From a virus (taxonomy: Duplodnaviria; Heunggongvirae; Uroviricota; Caudoviricetes): 42,267 bases of DNA. Location of the stretch: the IMG/VR virus record IMGVR_UViG_2541047698_000018; one strand, written 5' to 3'. Within the stretch, counting starts at the first letter, position 1. Every line of letters begins with the position of its first letter. The translations under genes were made by a program, and so were the position numbers. The notes under the pieces are model-generated. The model worked only from the letters and a program-made list of their open reading frames with translations. It was not told the DNA's origin and did not search any database. This document shows positions 9,639 through 20,751 of the stretch, piece after piece.

Positions 9639-11626
9639 TAACCCACCCTCACCTGATTACTTCGCATGACCTGAGCATTTGCAGACTGTTGCCGACGTGC
9701 AACCTCATTACCGACAGCGTGCGGATCTCCGCCACCGTAAATGTGGTAGGTATTTTGCTGGTTAACCTCTGTCACTTTGCCACTAATTCCCGCCACGGCA
9801 GCCTTATTAATCAGCTCTCGGGAATAGATATTTCTTCCATTCTCATGCTGGATAATGCTGCTCATCAATGCTGACATGGTTTGCAGATCGCTCATATTCA
9901 GGGCAGCCCGGGGATCCACTCCCAGTCGTTGCGATACAGCATTGATATACGCAGTTGTGTTGTTATTATCAGAGGCAGGTGCCCAGGTAGAGATAATTTT
10001 TTCCACACTGTTTATTCCTCGCCCGGCGTACAACATTAACTGACGAGCAAGAGCCCGTAATCCATCAAAGGCAGTTTCAAATCTGGCAAATCGCCCGCCC
10101 GGGTGTTCAAGAGAAGCCCCCGCCTGACCAGCAAAATTAAGGTTTCCCGGATTGTTATTCCGCTCTCCTCGTTTCGTAGCCTGTGCATGTTGTTCCGGCT
10201 CATCATCACCAAACCAGCCGCGTACCGTCCGGCCCACACTGCGGGGATCGAATCCCCAGTGCTCTTTAATCCAGTCGGCAGTACTGTTAGCGCTGTCTGT
10301 AACCATCGGCATCGCTGACGGATTTTCGCTGCCCTGATTAAGTATCTGTTTGCCGATGCTGACGGCATCAGCCCAGCGTCCATCTTTGATAGCGTTGAGC
10401 AGGTCGGCGATCATGTTCAGCATTTTGCTGAATTCGCCCATCTGGTCGATGAAGTTGCTGAAATCCCACTTCAGGGACCATGATTTGGGGTCAATATTGA
10501 GTAGTTTCGCCAGCGCTTTCGCCAGGTCGTTAACGGTCGTTTTAAGGTCACGAACCATCTTCAGCGCGGCATCGACCTCCGGTTTCCACTTGCCCCAGTC
10601 AATCAGGCTGTCGCCGCCTTCCTTCCAGGTCTGATAGTCCTCCCACAGGAGGGCAATCCCCGCCGCCAGCGCGGTAATGAGGCCAACCGGCGACATCCAG
10701 AACGTACTGTTCAGAATGCGCAGCGCAATCGTCAGTGCGCCAAACAGCGAGATCAACTCCCGCGTTTGCTTATCCAGCGATTGCCACCAGGTGATAAGGC
10801 CTGATGTCCCCTCAATCAGTCTGAAGAACAGCCGCCCGATAATATCCCCGAGCGCCAGAATGCCTTTTATGGCTTTCGTCAGGGTCTGCTCGATACGAGG
10901 GAAGTTGTCCAGGATATGGCGGCGCAGGGTGTCCAGCGAACCTGCAAGCCCACCCGCAAGATTAGAGCCGATTTTGTCACGGGCCATGCCTGCCATCGCG
11001 CTAAACTCACGCAGGGAGGTCATAAATTTGTTGGAGCTTCTGGCCGCCTCGTCAGCATTGAAGCCGATAGCTTTCGCCATTGCGCTGTACTGCCCGGAGA
11101 AGCCACCCACACCCCGGCGCATCGCCATAAGGGTATTTTCGTCAATGCCCAGCATCTGCGCATACTGGTTAGCCCGGTAATACGGCATGCCGCTGAGCTT
11201 CTGGCCTACACCTGTAAAAATAGCGGCCATGTCACGCATGTTACCGCTGGCATCCCGTGTCTGTACCCCCAGACGATTCAGAAATCCCTCAGCCCCGGGG
11301 TTATTACGGATAAACCGGGAGAGGCTTTCCAGAGAAGATTGCGCAGCGTCCACGCTGCCGCCAACCTGCGAAACCGCATAGCCAATAGACTGAATTCCCT
11401 GGGCTGTCGCGCCGGTGCGCTGTGACGCCCAGTAAAGATTATCCAGGCCGGAGGCGATCTTAGCCGTGAAGGCCACCACGGACAGCGCAGCTCCTTCAAC
11501 AGCCAGCCCCATTTTGATGACATTTGCAGTTGTACCGGCGAGGACAGAACCGAACTTTTTCGCTCCTGCATCATCCACACTGAAGCCAAGCGAGACGAGG
11601 AAATCTTTAATAGTTTCAGCGTTCAT
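9638..11626 (-). CDS. Tail tape measure protein
   Basis: About 660 aa, Ala/Gly-rich with hydrophobic central segment; follows chaperone; start MNAETIKDF at 11626 preceded by GAGAGG. Confidence 0.75.
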   Translation of the reverse strand: MNAETIKDFLVSLGFSVDDAGAKKFGSVLAGTTANVIKMGLAVEGAALSVVAFTAKIASGLDNLYWASQRTGATAQGIQSIGYAVSQVGGSVDAAQSSLESLSRFIRNNPGAEGFLNRLGVQTRDASGNMRDMAAIFTGVGQKLSGMPYYRANQYAQMLGIDENTLMAMRRGVGGFSGQYSAMAKAIGFNADEAARSSNKFMTSLREFSAMAGMARDKIGSNLAGGLAGSLDTLRRHILDNFPRIEQTLTKAIKGILALGDIIGRLFFRLIEGTSGLITWWQSLDKQTRELISLFGALTIALRILNSTFWMSPVGLITALAAGIALLWEDYQTWKEGGDSLIDWGKWKPEVDAALKMVRDLKTTVNDLAKALAKLLNIDPKSWSLKWDFSNFIDQMGEFSKMLNMIADLLNAIKDGRWADAVSIGKQILNQGSENPSAMPMVTDSANSTADWIKEHWGFDPRSVGRTVRGWFGDDEPEQHAQATKRGERNNNPGNLNFAGQAGASLEHPGGRFARFETAFDGLRALARQLMLYAGRGINSVEKIISTWAPASDNNNTTAYINAVSQRLGVDPRAALNMSDLQTMSALMSSIIQHENGRNIYSRELINKAAVAGISGKVTEVNQQNTYHIYGGGDPHAVGNEVARRQQSANAQVMRSNQVRVG

Positions 11627-11649
11627 TATCCTCTCTCCATTTCTCAATG

Positions 11650-11803
11650 CGCCGCTGGTTATCCGCTTTTACCGCCAGATGGTCATTCAAGATAGCAATG
11701 TCATACAAATCGACAGAGCCATCTTTAAGTGCTGTATAGGGAATTAACCCGGCGTCAACCGGATTGAGAAGGTAGGACAGCCCGTCCGGCAGGCTGTTAA
11801 ACG
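11650..11803 (-). other. Putative -1 frameshift extension of tail assembly chaperone
   Basis: About 52 sense codons in the -1 frame fill the gap between chaperone stop and tape-measure start, ending ATGAACGCTGA overlapping that start. Confidence 0.35.
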
Positions 11804-12256
11804 TCAGCCCTGTTGCAGGCTCTGTGTCGTGCTGGTAAGGGGTGTAGGCAAAAAATTTCCCAGCGAATCGGCGACCACCCGCGCCACCAGATGAAGCATG
11901 ACCAGCAAGTCAATATCATCAAACATCAGTTCGCCCTGGGTAAATACCGGCACCCATCCATCCATATGACGCCGCGACACCACCGCAAGACAGGGATGAA
12001 TAATCGCATCGGTGTCATCTTCGGTCAGGGAAGACAGTTCCTCAGCGATACGCGGGAGCATGGTTTCAAACACCGGTTTTAACTGCTCGAATTTCACGGT
12101 GTCGATTTTGCCGTCAGCAGGCAAACGGGAGCGAATGCTCCCGAAATCTGACATCATTCCTGCCAGTACCGGCAGAAGTTTGCGGGTCACTTTCAGCTGG
12201 TCAAAAACGCTGAGTTTTGCCACGCGATATTTCACGCCTTTGATTTCGAATTCCAT
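11804..12256 (-). CDS. Tail assembly chaperone
   Basis: 150 aa between tube and tape measure genes. Confidence 0.55.
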   Translation of the reverse strand: MEFEIKGVKYRVAKLSVFDQLKVTRKLLPVLAGMMSDFGSIRSRLPADGKIDTVKFEQLKPVFETMLPRIAEELSSLTEDDTDAIIHPCLAVVSRRHMDGWVPVFTQGELMFDDIDLLVMLHLVARVVADSLGNFLPTPLTSTTQSLQQG

Positions 12257-12259
12257 GTA

Positions 12260-12700
12260 TTAAAACTCCCCGAGAACCTGGTCAATCTTGCCGCAGTCAA
12301 ACACCCACGGCATCGTATTACCGGTTTTAGCGTTGGCGTTATCCGGTTGTTTCTGGAACGCAACACTGCGTGCCGTGATGATGTCGCCGCTGACCTTGTT
12401 GCGGATCACGATAACGTTATTCCCCCATGTGGCAGAAGACTGGCTCTGTGCGTTATACGCCAGCGACAATTTTTTATTTGTCGGTGATGTCTTCAGAAGG
12501 TTAACGGTAATCGTCCCGCTTTTATCTGCATGGAGACTGTGCATCACTTCGCCATCAGCACCGATGGTCATGGTGTTTTTAGGACCGCCCATCGCAACCA
12601 CAATCCCCTCTTCAGAACTTGCCGAACCGTACCCGAGGTCAATCGAACCGGTCGGCCCGGTCAGCGTCGCAGTGACATCCATAAAAGAATAGGTAGACAT
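12260..12700 (-). CDS. Tail tube protein
   Basis: 146 aa immediately after sheath gene. Confidence 0.65.
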   Translation of the reverse strand: MSTYSFMDVTATLTGPTGSIDLGYGSASSEEGIVVAMGGPKNTMTIGADGEVMHSLHADKSGTITVNLLKTSPTNKKLSLAYNAQSQSSATWGNNVIVIRNKVSGDIITARSVAFQKQPDNANAKTGNTMPWVFDCGKIDQVLGEF

Positions 12701-12710
12701 TCACTTCCCC

Positions 12711-13856
12711 TTAGCGAACAACGTTAATCTGTACGTCAGCGTAATGAACCGCGCCTGCAAGTTTTATTGCAGCCTGAATCACCGGAGCCTTACGGGCTTC
12801 ACGTTCTGATTGTGCCTGTTCATCCAGCGGCTGGGCGTATACGTAATAACCTTTGGGTAGTGTGTCACCTGATGACAACTGACCAAGGTCGCCCCCGTTC
12901 CATACGCCCGGAGCAATCAGTCCATTCTGAACGGCCTGATCCAGTGATTTTTCAACATTTGATAACAGTCGGGTAATACCGGCTTCAGTCTGGGGAACTT
13001 TCGTGGTGCTGGTATAAAGCAGGTTATAGAGGTTGGTCTGCACATAATTCTGTAACCAGTCCAGGCCGTGGCGTTCATCAAAGAAATCGCCGTTAGCCAT
13101 CACTCCCTGCTGGAGGATAGCTGTATCATTCTGGTAGTACACGAACACATTGCAGTTTTTTGCATCAAGTGCCGATGCCTGGCTGACTGTCAGTGTTTCA
13201 TACCCGACACCCGGCTCCTGCTTAAACTTGAGCGTAATCGCGGTATTACTGCCATTGAAATTAACCGTGAATGCCCGGCCAAATGCAGATAACGCAGCGT
13301 ATTTATTACCCGATGAATACTGAATAAAACTGCGTGAATATCCGGCGGTTTTCAGTTTTGATGCCAAATCATCGCTGGATGCAGTCTGCAGGCATTTCTC
13401 ATCGCTTGTCGTAATCGCCAGAATACGGCTTACAGAAGAGGATTCGATCGCCGCAGCCACTTTCAGCCAGTCTGCATCCGGAATATCTTCATCGTCTGCA
13501 ATCCCCAGCCCATACCATGAAGTATAATCAAGCATGGCATTCACAGCCTGCTCCAGCGTCTCAGGCGTGGCCTGTTCGCTGTCTCCCTTCGTTTTCACCC
13601 AACGACCAACAAAAACCTCCTGAGGTTTCGGTGATTGTGAGAAAAACACCTGCGCAGCTTTATATTCTGGTGATTCCACGCCAAAATCTTTTCCAATATC
13701 TTCCGCGGCAGAATAACGACGAATGCGCTCACTTACCGGAATGATTGTGGACGGGCCGAGAATGAGTAATGCACCAAAATTTCGCCCTGATGCTGCACGC
13801 GGCGACATGATCACATCAACATTAACAACGTTTGATACAGGCAAGCCCTGTGCCAT
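12711..13856 (-). CDS. Tail sheath protein
   Basis: 381 aa upstream of tube gene. Confidence 0.65.
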   Translation of the reverse strand: MAQGLPVSNVVNVDVIMSPRAASGRNFGALLILGPSTIIPVSERIRRYSAAEDIGKDFGVESPEYKAAQVFFSQSPKPQEVFVGRWVKTKGDSEQATPETLEQAVNAMLDYTSWYGLGIADDEDIPDADWLKVAAAIESSSVSRILAITTSDEKCLQTASSDDLASKLKTAGYSRSFIQYSSGNKYAALSAFGRAFTVNFNGSNTAITLKFKQEPGVGYETLTVSQASALDAKNCNVFVYYQNDTAILQQGVMANGDFFDERHGLDWLQNYVQTNLYNLLYTSTTKVPQTEAGITRLLSNVEKSLDQAVQNGLIAPGVWNGGDLGQLSSGDTLPKGYYVYAQPLDEQAQSEREARKAPVIQAAIKLAGAVHYADVQINVVR

Positions 13857-13859
13857 AGC

Positions 13860-14426
13860 TTAATCTCCGAAAAAGATGACTGGTGCTTCCACCAGCGATT
13901 TAATACCGTACTCGCGCACAACCTTCCGGCGCAGGCGCACCGTCATATCGTAGCGGCGGACCCATTGCTGATTAATAAGTTCAGGGAAGGGAGTCAGACC
14001 TGTGTAATCGCCAAGAGACAGCCCCAGCGCATTCAGTGCTGCGTTGTTCTGCGGCACAGATATACCGTCACGAAACCGGGACGCATACACCATCCCCGCC
14101 GGTCCATAAAACGAAGCCATACACTCAATCGTTTCATGCCGCCAGAGCTGAGAGCCATCATCGGTCTGTCTGGTGAATGCCGGACTGTCATCACCTGACC
14201 ATCCGATAACCCCAAACGCACACCAGTTCGTTTCAACCGGTAGCAGTGGCGGCTGCTCTTTCTGCCAGCGCGGGCGAACCATCCCGGCAGACAGACCGGA
14301 AACGTTACGCATCCACTGGCTTAACAGCCTGTCGAGCGCTTCGTCATAATCCGGATCGCCACTGGTTGGTATTAACCATCCGCGCTCTGTACTGGTGTTA
14401 TTGCTCAACCGGAGTTCCCCCATCAA
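13860..14426 (-). CDS. Tail/neck completion protein
   Basis: 188 aa between head-tail joining genes and sheath. Confidence 0.4.
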   Translation of the reverse strand: MMGELRLSNNTSTERGWLIPTSGDPDYDEALDRLLSQWMRNVSGLSAGMVRPRWQKEQPPLLPVETNWCAFGVIGWSGDDSPAFTRQTDDGSQLWRHETIECMASFYGPAGMVYASRFRDGISVPQNNAALNALGLSLGDYTGLTPFPELINQQWVRRYDMTVRLRRKVVREYGIKSLVEAPVIFFGD

Positions 14427-14787
14427 ACGGCATCAACTCACAATGCGCCTGAACGAATCCGGCCCCATAAGCTGTATACGGGTCGACGAAGGTCACACGA
14501 TAATCACGGCCCTGATACGTCACGATATCGGCATCACGGCCAGTCTGTCCCTGCGTCAGTCGCTCAGTCGTCACAATCAGAATTGCACCGCTGATTACCT
14601 GCCCTGCCTGCATACGGCGGTTTTCCAGAGAGCGATCAACAGTTACGACTCCGGCAAACTGCTTTTTAACTTCACTGTCGCTGCCGATCCCGTCCTCATC
14701 CACCGTTTGCACTCGGCGTGTTACCCACAAATTGAAGTCGCAAAAATCGGGGTCAAAAAGCACATCTGTTACATCAAGAGTCGGCAT
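14398..14787 (-). CDS. Head-tail joining protein
   Basis: 129 aa in neck region, overlapping neighbours. Confidence 0.4.
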   Translation of the reverse strand: MPTLDVTDVLFDPDFCDFNLWVTRRVQTVDEDGIGSDSEVKKQFAGVVTVDRSLENRRMQAGQVISGAILIVTTERLTQGQTGRDADIVTYQGRDYRVTFVDPYTAYGAGFVQAHCELMPFDGGTPVEQ

Positions 14788-15328
14788 CTTTATCCCTCAC
14801 TACATGGGTAATAGCTCTGCGATATTGCCCGGTGTCAATTAATGGTTTCGCCAGATCGGTTCCGGGAGATTCGCCAGCAACACGCCGGGCAAGTTCCAGT
14901 GTTGCCCCCTTGCGCCCCCGACGAGCCCGGGCTTCAACAGTGCTGTCAGCAAGCGGCGTAAAGCCGGTAATAGTCATGTAACGCCTGACGCCATTAGCGG
15001 CCAGCGTTCCGGCACGGTTGAGTGCGCGTTCTGCTCCCGCAGCATTACCATCAAGAGCAGCCTGCGCCGCGGTTTTGAGCTGCGGCACCGTCTGCTCTTC
15101 TGCCGATTTTACGCCGGGGACCAGGTGAGGTCGTGGCGGGATGTTCTGCTCTGGTGAGCCGTATTCGTTGAGGTAACCGATGCCCGCATTACCAAACGGA
15201 ACATCATCCCGCTCGCTGTCTTCCGAAGGGATGCCGACCAGCACATCTTTTTTGGTTAACGACCTGAGCGCATCCAGAATGGCCTTAGCGTTATCCACCC
15301 TCGTTGTTACACCGCTTTTGAAACTCAT
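14774..15328 (-). CDS. Head completion/neck protein
   Basis: 184 aa in neck region. Confidence 0.4.
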   Translation of the reverse strand: MSFKSGVTTRVDNAKAILDALRSLTKKDVLVGIPSEDSERDDVPFGNAGIGYLNEYGSPEQNIPPRPHLVPGVKSAEEQTVPQLKTAAQAALDGNAAGAERALNRAGTLAANGVRRYMTITGFTPLADSTVEARARRGRKGATLELARRVAGESPGTDLAKPLIDTGQYRRAITHVVRDKDADS

Positions 15329-15732
15329 AGCTGGCGACCGCCTGCACCGAACATCGTGATCAACTGATAAAATTCAGCGCCATATCGGGTGTTATTCCAG
15401 AAACCTGCATCAGGATTCAGCGTCGCACTGGTGTCATAACTGACGCTTACCTTATCCACGGACTTTGAGGACTGAACGCCATTGGTTGAACCGCCAGAAC
15501 CACCAGCCAGCATCGCCCGGCTGTCTGCCGCCCAGAGCGTCATGTAGTGCGCAACGAACAACCCGGCAAAGTACGGAAACAACTTTTTGCCGGTGACGTT
15601 TTCGCTCAGCAGTTCATCGGCCAGATTCAGACGAAACTGGATTTGCGCTTCGGAATATTTGGCAGGGTCAGCAAACTGCGGGAAGTCGCGGCGAAAATCA
15701 CTTACCGCTGGCAGACTTTGATTCTTTGGCAT
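15325..15732 (-). CDS. Head-tail connector/adaptor protein
   Basis: 135 aa following capsid cluster. Confidence 0.4.
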   Translation of the reverse strand: MPKNQSLPAVSDFRRDFPQFADPAKYSEAQIQFRLNLADELLSENVTGKKLFPYFAGLFVAHYMTLWAADSRAMLAGGSGGSTNGVQSSKSVDKVSVSYDTSATLNPDAGFWNNTRYGAEFYQLITMFGAGGRQL

Positions 15733-15919
15733 TTTTTACCTCGTTACACGCGTCTGTGGCTTTGCCAACGGATACTTCCGCGTGCGCACGAGTGAACCAG
15801 TGCGTGGCAACGTCTTCCTCCACAGCATGACGGCCTTTAACAAACTCGCGCCGAGAACCGTCGGGAAGCGTGAGCACAAACGGGGTATGTACGTGTATTA
15901 CTGCATCATTTTTTGCCAT
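15698..15919 (-). CDS. Small head-associated protein
   Basis: 73 aa directly after major capsid gene. Confidence 0.3.
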   Translation of the reverse strand: MAKNDAVIHVHTPFVLTLPDGSRREFVKGRHAVEEDVATHWFTRAHAEVSVGKATDACNEVKNAKESKSASGK

Positions 15920-15961
15920 CGGGTCATCCTTAATGGCCCCGCCAGGGGGGCCATGTGGCTG

Positions 15962-16903
15962 TTAAATGCCATCAACGTACGAAATGGTTTCTTTGTACAC
16001 TGGCTCGACTGCACCCAGCTTGCCGTAGTAAGTGACGATCTGATACAGACCGCGATACTGCACCGGCACGCTCTGAAGCGGAACCAGCGGGTAGCGGACG
16101 TATTTTTTATCGTTGGTGTACGCAACCATGCGATCCTTTTTCCCCACACCACGGCCTTTCAGCCATTTAACCGCGCGGATATTCAGCGGAACACCGTTCT
16201 GGTGATAGCTGATGGTGTTGGTCTGAAGATACGTCAACAGGGACTGGTTACCCGCAGATGAAACGATGATGCTGGACAACAGAGCAAACTGCTCAGGCGG
16301 GATCAGCAAATCACGCGGAACCACAGAGTAACCGGAAGCGGCCCACGCATCAGACAGTACCTGGTTAATGCTTGCGCGGATTTCGTCCGGTGTTGAGGTT
16401 GCCCACGTTTTGGCAGCGTTGTTGACAGGCACGCCGTCCAGGGTAACAAGGCCTTTCAGGTTTAATGCGGAATCGCCAACATATACCTGTTCATCGTTAT
16501 CCATCTGCCATTTCAGTTGCATACCGTCATACTTCTGCGTATCAATCGGGCGGCCGACCTGCTGAGCAGCCTGCAATTCTATGACCGTCCAGCCAAGTTC
16601 CATCCCCCACAGGTTCAGCGGGTTACCAGATTTGCCGATATCCACGTTCACGCCAGCAATAGCGGTTGAGTCTTTGCCTACCCAGTTTTTGCCATTCGGA
16701 TTTGCACCAGTACCCGCAGCGGCGAAGCTGGTATTCGTCCAGCTGGAAATGTCATCTGCGATGGAGACATCTTCACGCAGTTGGATATCGCGGGTCCAGG
16801 TGTACCCCACCAGTGGCAGGTTCAGCGTCTGGTCGAGTCGCTCCAGCTCCCCGATGAGAAAGGCACCAGAGCTGTCAACGGTTGCCTGATCAAAAGTAAT
16901 CAT
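15962..16903 (-). CDS. Major capsid protein
   Basis: 313 aa downstream of scaffold-like gene. Confidence 0.65.
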   Translation of the reverse strand: MITFDQATVDSSGAFLIGELERLDQTLNLPLVGYTWTRDIQLREDVSIADDISSWTNTSFAAAGTGANPNGKNWVGKDSTAIAGVNVDIGKSGNPLNLWGMELGWTVIELQAAQQVGRPIDTQKYDGMQLKWQMDNDEQVYVGDSALNLKGLVTLDGVPVNNAAKTWATSTPDEIRASINQVLSDAWAASGYSVVPRDLLIPPEQFALLSSIIVSSAGNQSLLTYLQTNTISYHQNGVPLNIRAVKWLKGRGVGKKDRMVAYTNDKKYVRYPLVPLQSVPVQYRGLYQIVTYYGKLGAVEPVYKETISYVDGI

Positions 16904-16914
16904 TCGTCTGTTCC

Positions 16915-17421
16915 TTAAATCTTCCAGGAAATTTCTGCATTGCCGTCAGCATCACCGGCACCTGTGAATTCAGCGTTGGTCAGCACCACGTTTTTGCCAC
17001 TGACTGACGTGGCCATGAATCCACCCAGCGGCACTTTGATGGATTCATCAGTGGAGACGACAACGTATACCGGGTCGCCTTTTTTGATGGTGCTGGCATC
17101 AAAATCAGAACCGAGATTAACGGTCACGTAGCCACGCTTCATTGCGTCGCCCGGGAAGTTCTTGCCTGTTCCCACCTGGCGAACCATGTCCGGCTGCGAC
17201 GTGGTCGGATAAGGGCGCACGTAGATCCCCTTCACCTTGTCTGCGGTATCACCATCTGCCAGCGGCACGAAAAAACCGTCATCATCGTATTTACCAGCCA
17301 GGCCATAGGCAGCGAAGGCGTTATCGGATTTAAGGACCACCGGTTCGACGGTTAAGTCCTGCGGGCGAGAGACAGCCCCGGCAATGCCAACAGGCATCCG
17401 GTACAGAAATACATTATTCAT
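16915..17421 (-). CDS. Capsid-associated structural protein
   Basis: 168 aa between scaffold-like and capsid genes. Confidence 0.45.
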   Translation of the reverse strand: MNNVFLYRMPVGIAGAVSRPQDLTVEPVVLKSDNAFAAYGLAGKYDDDGFFVPLADGDTADKVKGIYVRPYPTTSQPDMVRQVGTGKNFPGDAMKRGYVTVNLGSDFDASTIKKGDPVYVVVSTDESIKVPLGGFMATSVSGKNVVLTNAEFTGAGDADGNAEISWKI

Positions 17422-17424
17422 TTT

Positions 17425-18645
17425 TTACCCTTTACGGTTTGCCCAGAATTCAGCGTTTTGTTTGTTCAGGGAAGCGATACTGGTCATGCCCATGTTTAGG
17501 CGCTGTGCATCGCCGGTGGTGGCGCGGGTGTTTCGCCCTTTGGCAATCTCAGACACGGCATTAAACGCCATGTCGACCGATTGTTTCGGCAATTTGCGGA
17601 TATCCGCATCACCGACGATCTGGCGAACCAGCGTTTTATCTGCGGAAGCCAGAACCTCGCGTTTGAACGCGGTCGGTTTCATCTTACGGCTCAGATCGAT
17701 ACCCGGAACGATAACTTCGGCACGCCAGGCTGAGTCACCAGTAATCGTGGTTTCCTCTTCATCGTCCTCGCCGTCACCGGTCGGATTATCGTCAGGCTTA
17801 TTATCGTTATCGCCCGTGGCATTTCCTTCCAGCTTAGCCAGCAGGGCTTTCAGTAATGTTTTGAGGTCATCATCACTGTCGCCGGTTGGACCTCCACCCA
17901 TCTCTGGTGCTTTGTCCGGTAGTGGTTGCTGCGGGGACAGGTTGATGTTGAGATTAACGCCCTGCGGCAAATCCCCCTCATCTCCTGTAACCGATGCGGG
18001 AGCCGACTCCACCAGTTCGTTCATGGTGTCAGCGTCACCCGTTTTGATGGCCGTGCGCATGCGGGTCCACCAGCTTTTCTTTTGATTTGCCATTGTGTCT
18101 CTGTCTCCAATTGCACAACGATTTCCGGCTCTGCCTTTAGGGACAAGAGCCACATGGTTTCCGGTAATATCAACCTGCTCAGCCTTACCCGGCTCAGTCT
18201 GCTTATATTCCGCGTCATAGCCACACGACACTTCGCGCAGGCCATCTTCGATCAGCTGAATGGCGTTTTCGTCTTTGACGATAAGGTCAGCCAGCATCAA
18301 ATCAGACTGCATACCCGTCCCGCGCCGGACATTCTGAAGATGCCCGACCGCGAGCTCTTTCCAGTTCTCTGGATTCACCAGCCGCACATCCCCGTTTTCA
18401 TCCTCGGGATGCAACACCGTGATACTCATTCCTTCGAATGAGGCAAGCGTGGCGGGATGGAATACCTGCTCAGGAGAACGCGTGACGACTATTTCACCGA
18501 ACTTATCGGGTTTCAGTTTTGGCAGGTCATCAGCACCATAGAGCTGCTTACCTGTTCGTCCTATCGGCACGTCTTTGCACAGCAACGAGCCGTCAGCCAG
18601 CTGATAGCGGGTTTCCCCCAGCCGGGTATTGAAAAAATATTTCAT
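17425..18645 (-). CDS. Scaffold/prohead protein
   Basis: 406 aa with acidic low-complexity stretch (GDSDDD...DDEEE). Confidence 0.5.
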   Translation of the reverse strand: MKYFFNTRLGETRYQLADGSLLCKDVPIGRTGKQLYGADDLPKLKPDKFGEIVVTRSPEQVFHPATLASFEGMSITVLHPEDENGDVRLVNPENWKELAVGHLQNVRRGTGMQSDLMLADLIVKDENAIQLIEDGLREVSCGYDAEYKQTEPGKAEQVDITGNHVALVPKGRAGNRCAIGDRDTMANQKKSWWTRMRTAIKTGDADTMNELVESAPASVTGDEGDLPQGVNLNINLSPQQPLPDKAPEMGGGPTGDSDDDLKTLLKALLAKLEGNATGDNDNKPDDNPTGDGEDDEEETTITGDSAWRAEVIVPGIDLSRKMKPTAFKREVLASADKTLVRQIVGDADIRKLPKQSVDMAFNAVSEIAKGRNTRATTGDAQRLNMGMTSIASLNKQNAEFWANRKG

Positions 18646-18659
18646 GTGTTACCTGCGAT

Positions 18660-19433
18660 TCAGGCGGGATAAGAATGGGAGGTGGGAAAAACGATTTCTT
18701 TATAACAGCGACAATTCGGGAGCTCGCCAGCGTGACCGGTCATGCCATCAAGCGTTGGAGGTTTGCCCCATTCGACAAATTTACCTTCCATTTCCCGATG
18801 AGAATGCCTGACGTCACCATCTTCGGCTGTACGCCAGATATAACCATTCGAACCAATTGCCAGCGCACGCGCCTGATCCAGCGCGCCGGTTGCACGTCCA
18901 AGTTCAGTACGGGCAATCAGGTCAGCTCTGGACTTTGCTATATCACCCGATGCGGCTATTTCTTTAGCAAAATGTTCCGCTCTCCCACCGGTCACAACAG
19001 CTTCAATCGCCCGATTCCGGATGTCGTACACCCTGTCAGCCGCCTCGAGGGGTAGCGATTTAATGTACTTAACCTGTTCAGCAACGATGGATTTCATCAC
19101 CTGCCCTGGCGGGGCACTGTTTACCAGATTGCGTAGCTCACGGCTGATGGTTTTGCTGTGTTTACGCCACTGCTCATCATTCTTGCGCACAATATCGGCG
19201 GTAAAGTTTTCCGCGACCTTTGTCGCCCAGGGGGTGATGATTTCACTGTAGCGTTCCAGCGCCTCAATAATTTCCGTGATACTGTCATTTGAACCATCGT
19301 AGTGACCATTTACGATGTCCCCGACCGCCCGCGCTATCCTGCGTAGGCTGGTTCGATACCGGATTTCCGCCTGACGGTTCCTGCGGTTCGTCATCAGGTT
19401 CGCCGATGCCGGGCGGCGCTTCATCTTCGGCAT
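18660..19433 (-). CDS. Head morphogenesis protein (Mu F / SPP1 gp7-like)
   Basis: 257 aa after portal; real start probably internal because the annotated frame overlaps the portal 3' end by 149 nt. Confidence 0.6.
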   Translation of the reverse strand: MPKMKRRPASANLMTNRRNRQAEIRYRTSLRRIARAVGDIVNGHYDGSNDSITEIIEALERYSEIITPWATKVAENFTADIVRKNDEQWRKHSKTISRELRNLVNSAPPGQVMKSIVAEQVKYIKSLPLEAADRVYDIRNRAIEAVVTGGRAEHFAKEIAASGDIAKSRADLIARTELGRATGALDQARALAIGSNGYIWRTAEDGDVRHSHREMEGKFVEWGKPPTLDGMTGHAGELPNCRCYKEIVFPTSHSYPA

Positions 19434-20751
19434 TCTCGATGTCCTCGTCGGTAATGGATGCCCCGATGCCGGTTACGTCAGAATTTTCTCGCAAATCAGT
19501 CATAGCGGCTTTCAGTGTCATCAGACCATCACCCAGCGCTGTACTGATTGCGTTGGTAGTGTTTAACGCCACCGTTGAGCGATCGACATCAGACATTTGC
19601 CAGAGCGGGTTAAACTCAAACGTGAAATCGTCCGGCAGCGGCTTGCCAAGCTCCGAACGATGCATGATGTCCAGTATCCGCCGCACCGGAAGACGTAAAC
19701 GCCTCTCCTGCAACGAGCTTACCCGGTCGTAATAGTTGGCAAGGTCTGCATCGCCGGTAGAAAATCCCTTCGGGGACTGTCCGAACAACCGCACCAGTGG
19801 GATACCAACAGCGCCACTAATCTGTTCTGCAAACTGTGAAAGGATGTCATCCAGACCACTGAAGCTGTACTGATGGGTTTCAAACTTATCCCGCGAGTCC
19901 ATGAGAGTCATGCCTTCATTGCTCTGGAACTGTCGAATCAGGTCAATATTCTTCAGCAACGCTTCATACGCAGGACCACCAAGTGCGATAAGCTCACGTA
20001 GCTTCTCCACGCTGTAGGTACGCAAATGCGCTTTGTAGACCAGCTGCGCCGCGCCGACAGTAGCGCTGTCGAACGCGGTAAGACGATCCCAGATACGCTC
20101 TACAACCGACATTCCCCATTCGTTCTCGGTCATCTTCTGCTGAAATGGCAGCGTGACGCCATCAAAGCGAATCAGGCGACTGTGATGAATGCGCCAGGCA
20201 GGAATTCCCGTTGCTGTGGTCACCACATCGTAAAACTCAGGTTTACCCAGGTCCGGCCCCATATCTTTAATGCGGCGGGTCAGTACCGGGTCAATCATCC
20301 AGCGGTCGAGCGGGAGAATCCCCTTAAACTTGCCTTTACCGATGGTTTCGGGTCGCAGCGGGGTCATTGGTGCCTGCCCCTCAATCATGATGAAACCCAC
20401 CGCGCCGCCGTAGAGGCGCGACCATTTCAGCACGTCATTCAGCGCATCCCAGATTTGCAACTCATCCAGTTGTGATTCTAGAATGCCACGATCTTTTGCA
20501 TCAATTTCCGAAGTAATGCGAATGCCTTTGCGGGTCATATCATCCGGGATAGCATCGACTGCTTCGCCGATAATCCAGGATGAACGATAGGACCATTCCA
20601 CCAGCATGCGGTTACGACTGGTGAAATTAGCCCGATAGGTGGATGCTGAGTGCTGGTTAGGTGTCTGCATCCCTACGCGGGCAATAAAATTCTCATAACC
20701 ATCAGCTGTGGCCTGCGCAGTTCGCCGCAGGGCTTGTTTGTTTCGTGCCAT
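19285..20751 (-). CDS. Portal protein
   Basis: 488 aa immediately after TerL; acidic C-terminal tail. Confidence 0.65.
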   Translation of the reverse strand: MARNKQALRRTAQATADGYENFIARVGMQTPNQHSASTYRANFTSRNRMLVEWSYRSSWIIGEAVDAIPDDMTRKGIRITSEIDAKDRGILESQLDELQIWDALNDVLKWSRLYGGAVGFIMIEGQAPMTPLRPETIGKGKFKGILPLDRWMIDPVLTRRIKDMGPDLGKPEFYDVVTTATGIPAWRIHHSRLIRFDGVTLPFQQKMTENEWGMSVVERIWDRLTAFDSATVGAAQLVYKAHLRTYSVEKLRELIALGGPAYEALLKNIDLIRQFQSNEGMTLMDSRDKFETHQYSFSGLDDILSQFAEQISGAVGIPLVRLFGQSPKGFSTGDADLANYYDRVSSLQERRLRLPVRRILDIMHRSELGKPLPDDFTFEFNPLWQMSDVDRSTVALNTTNAISTALGDGLMTLKAAMTDLRENSDVTGIGASITDEDIENAEDEAPPGIGEPDDEPQEPSGGNPVSNQPTQDSAGGRGHRKWSLRWFK

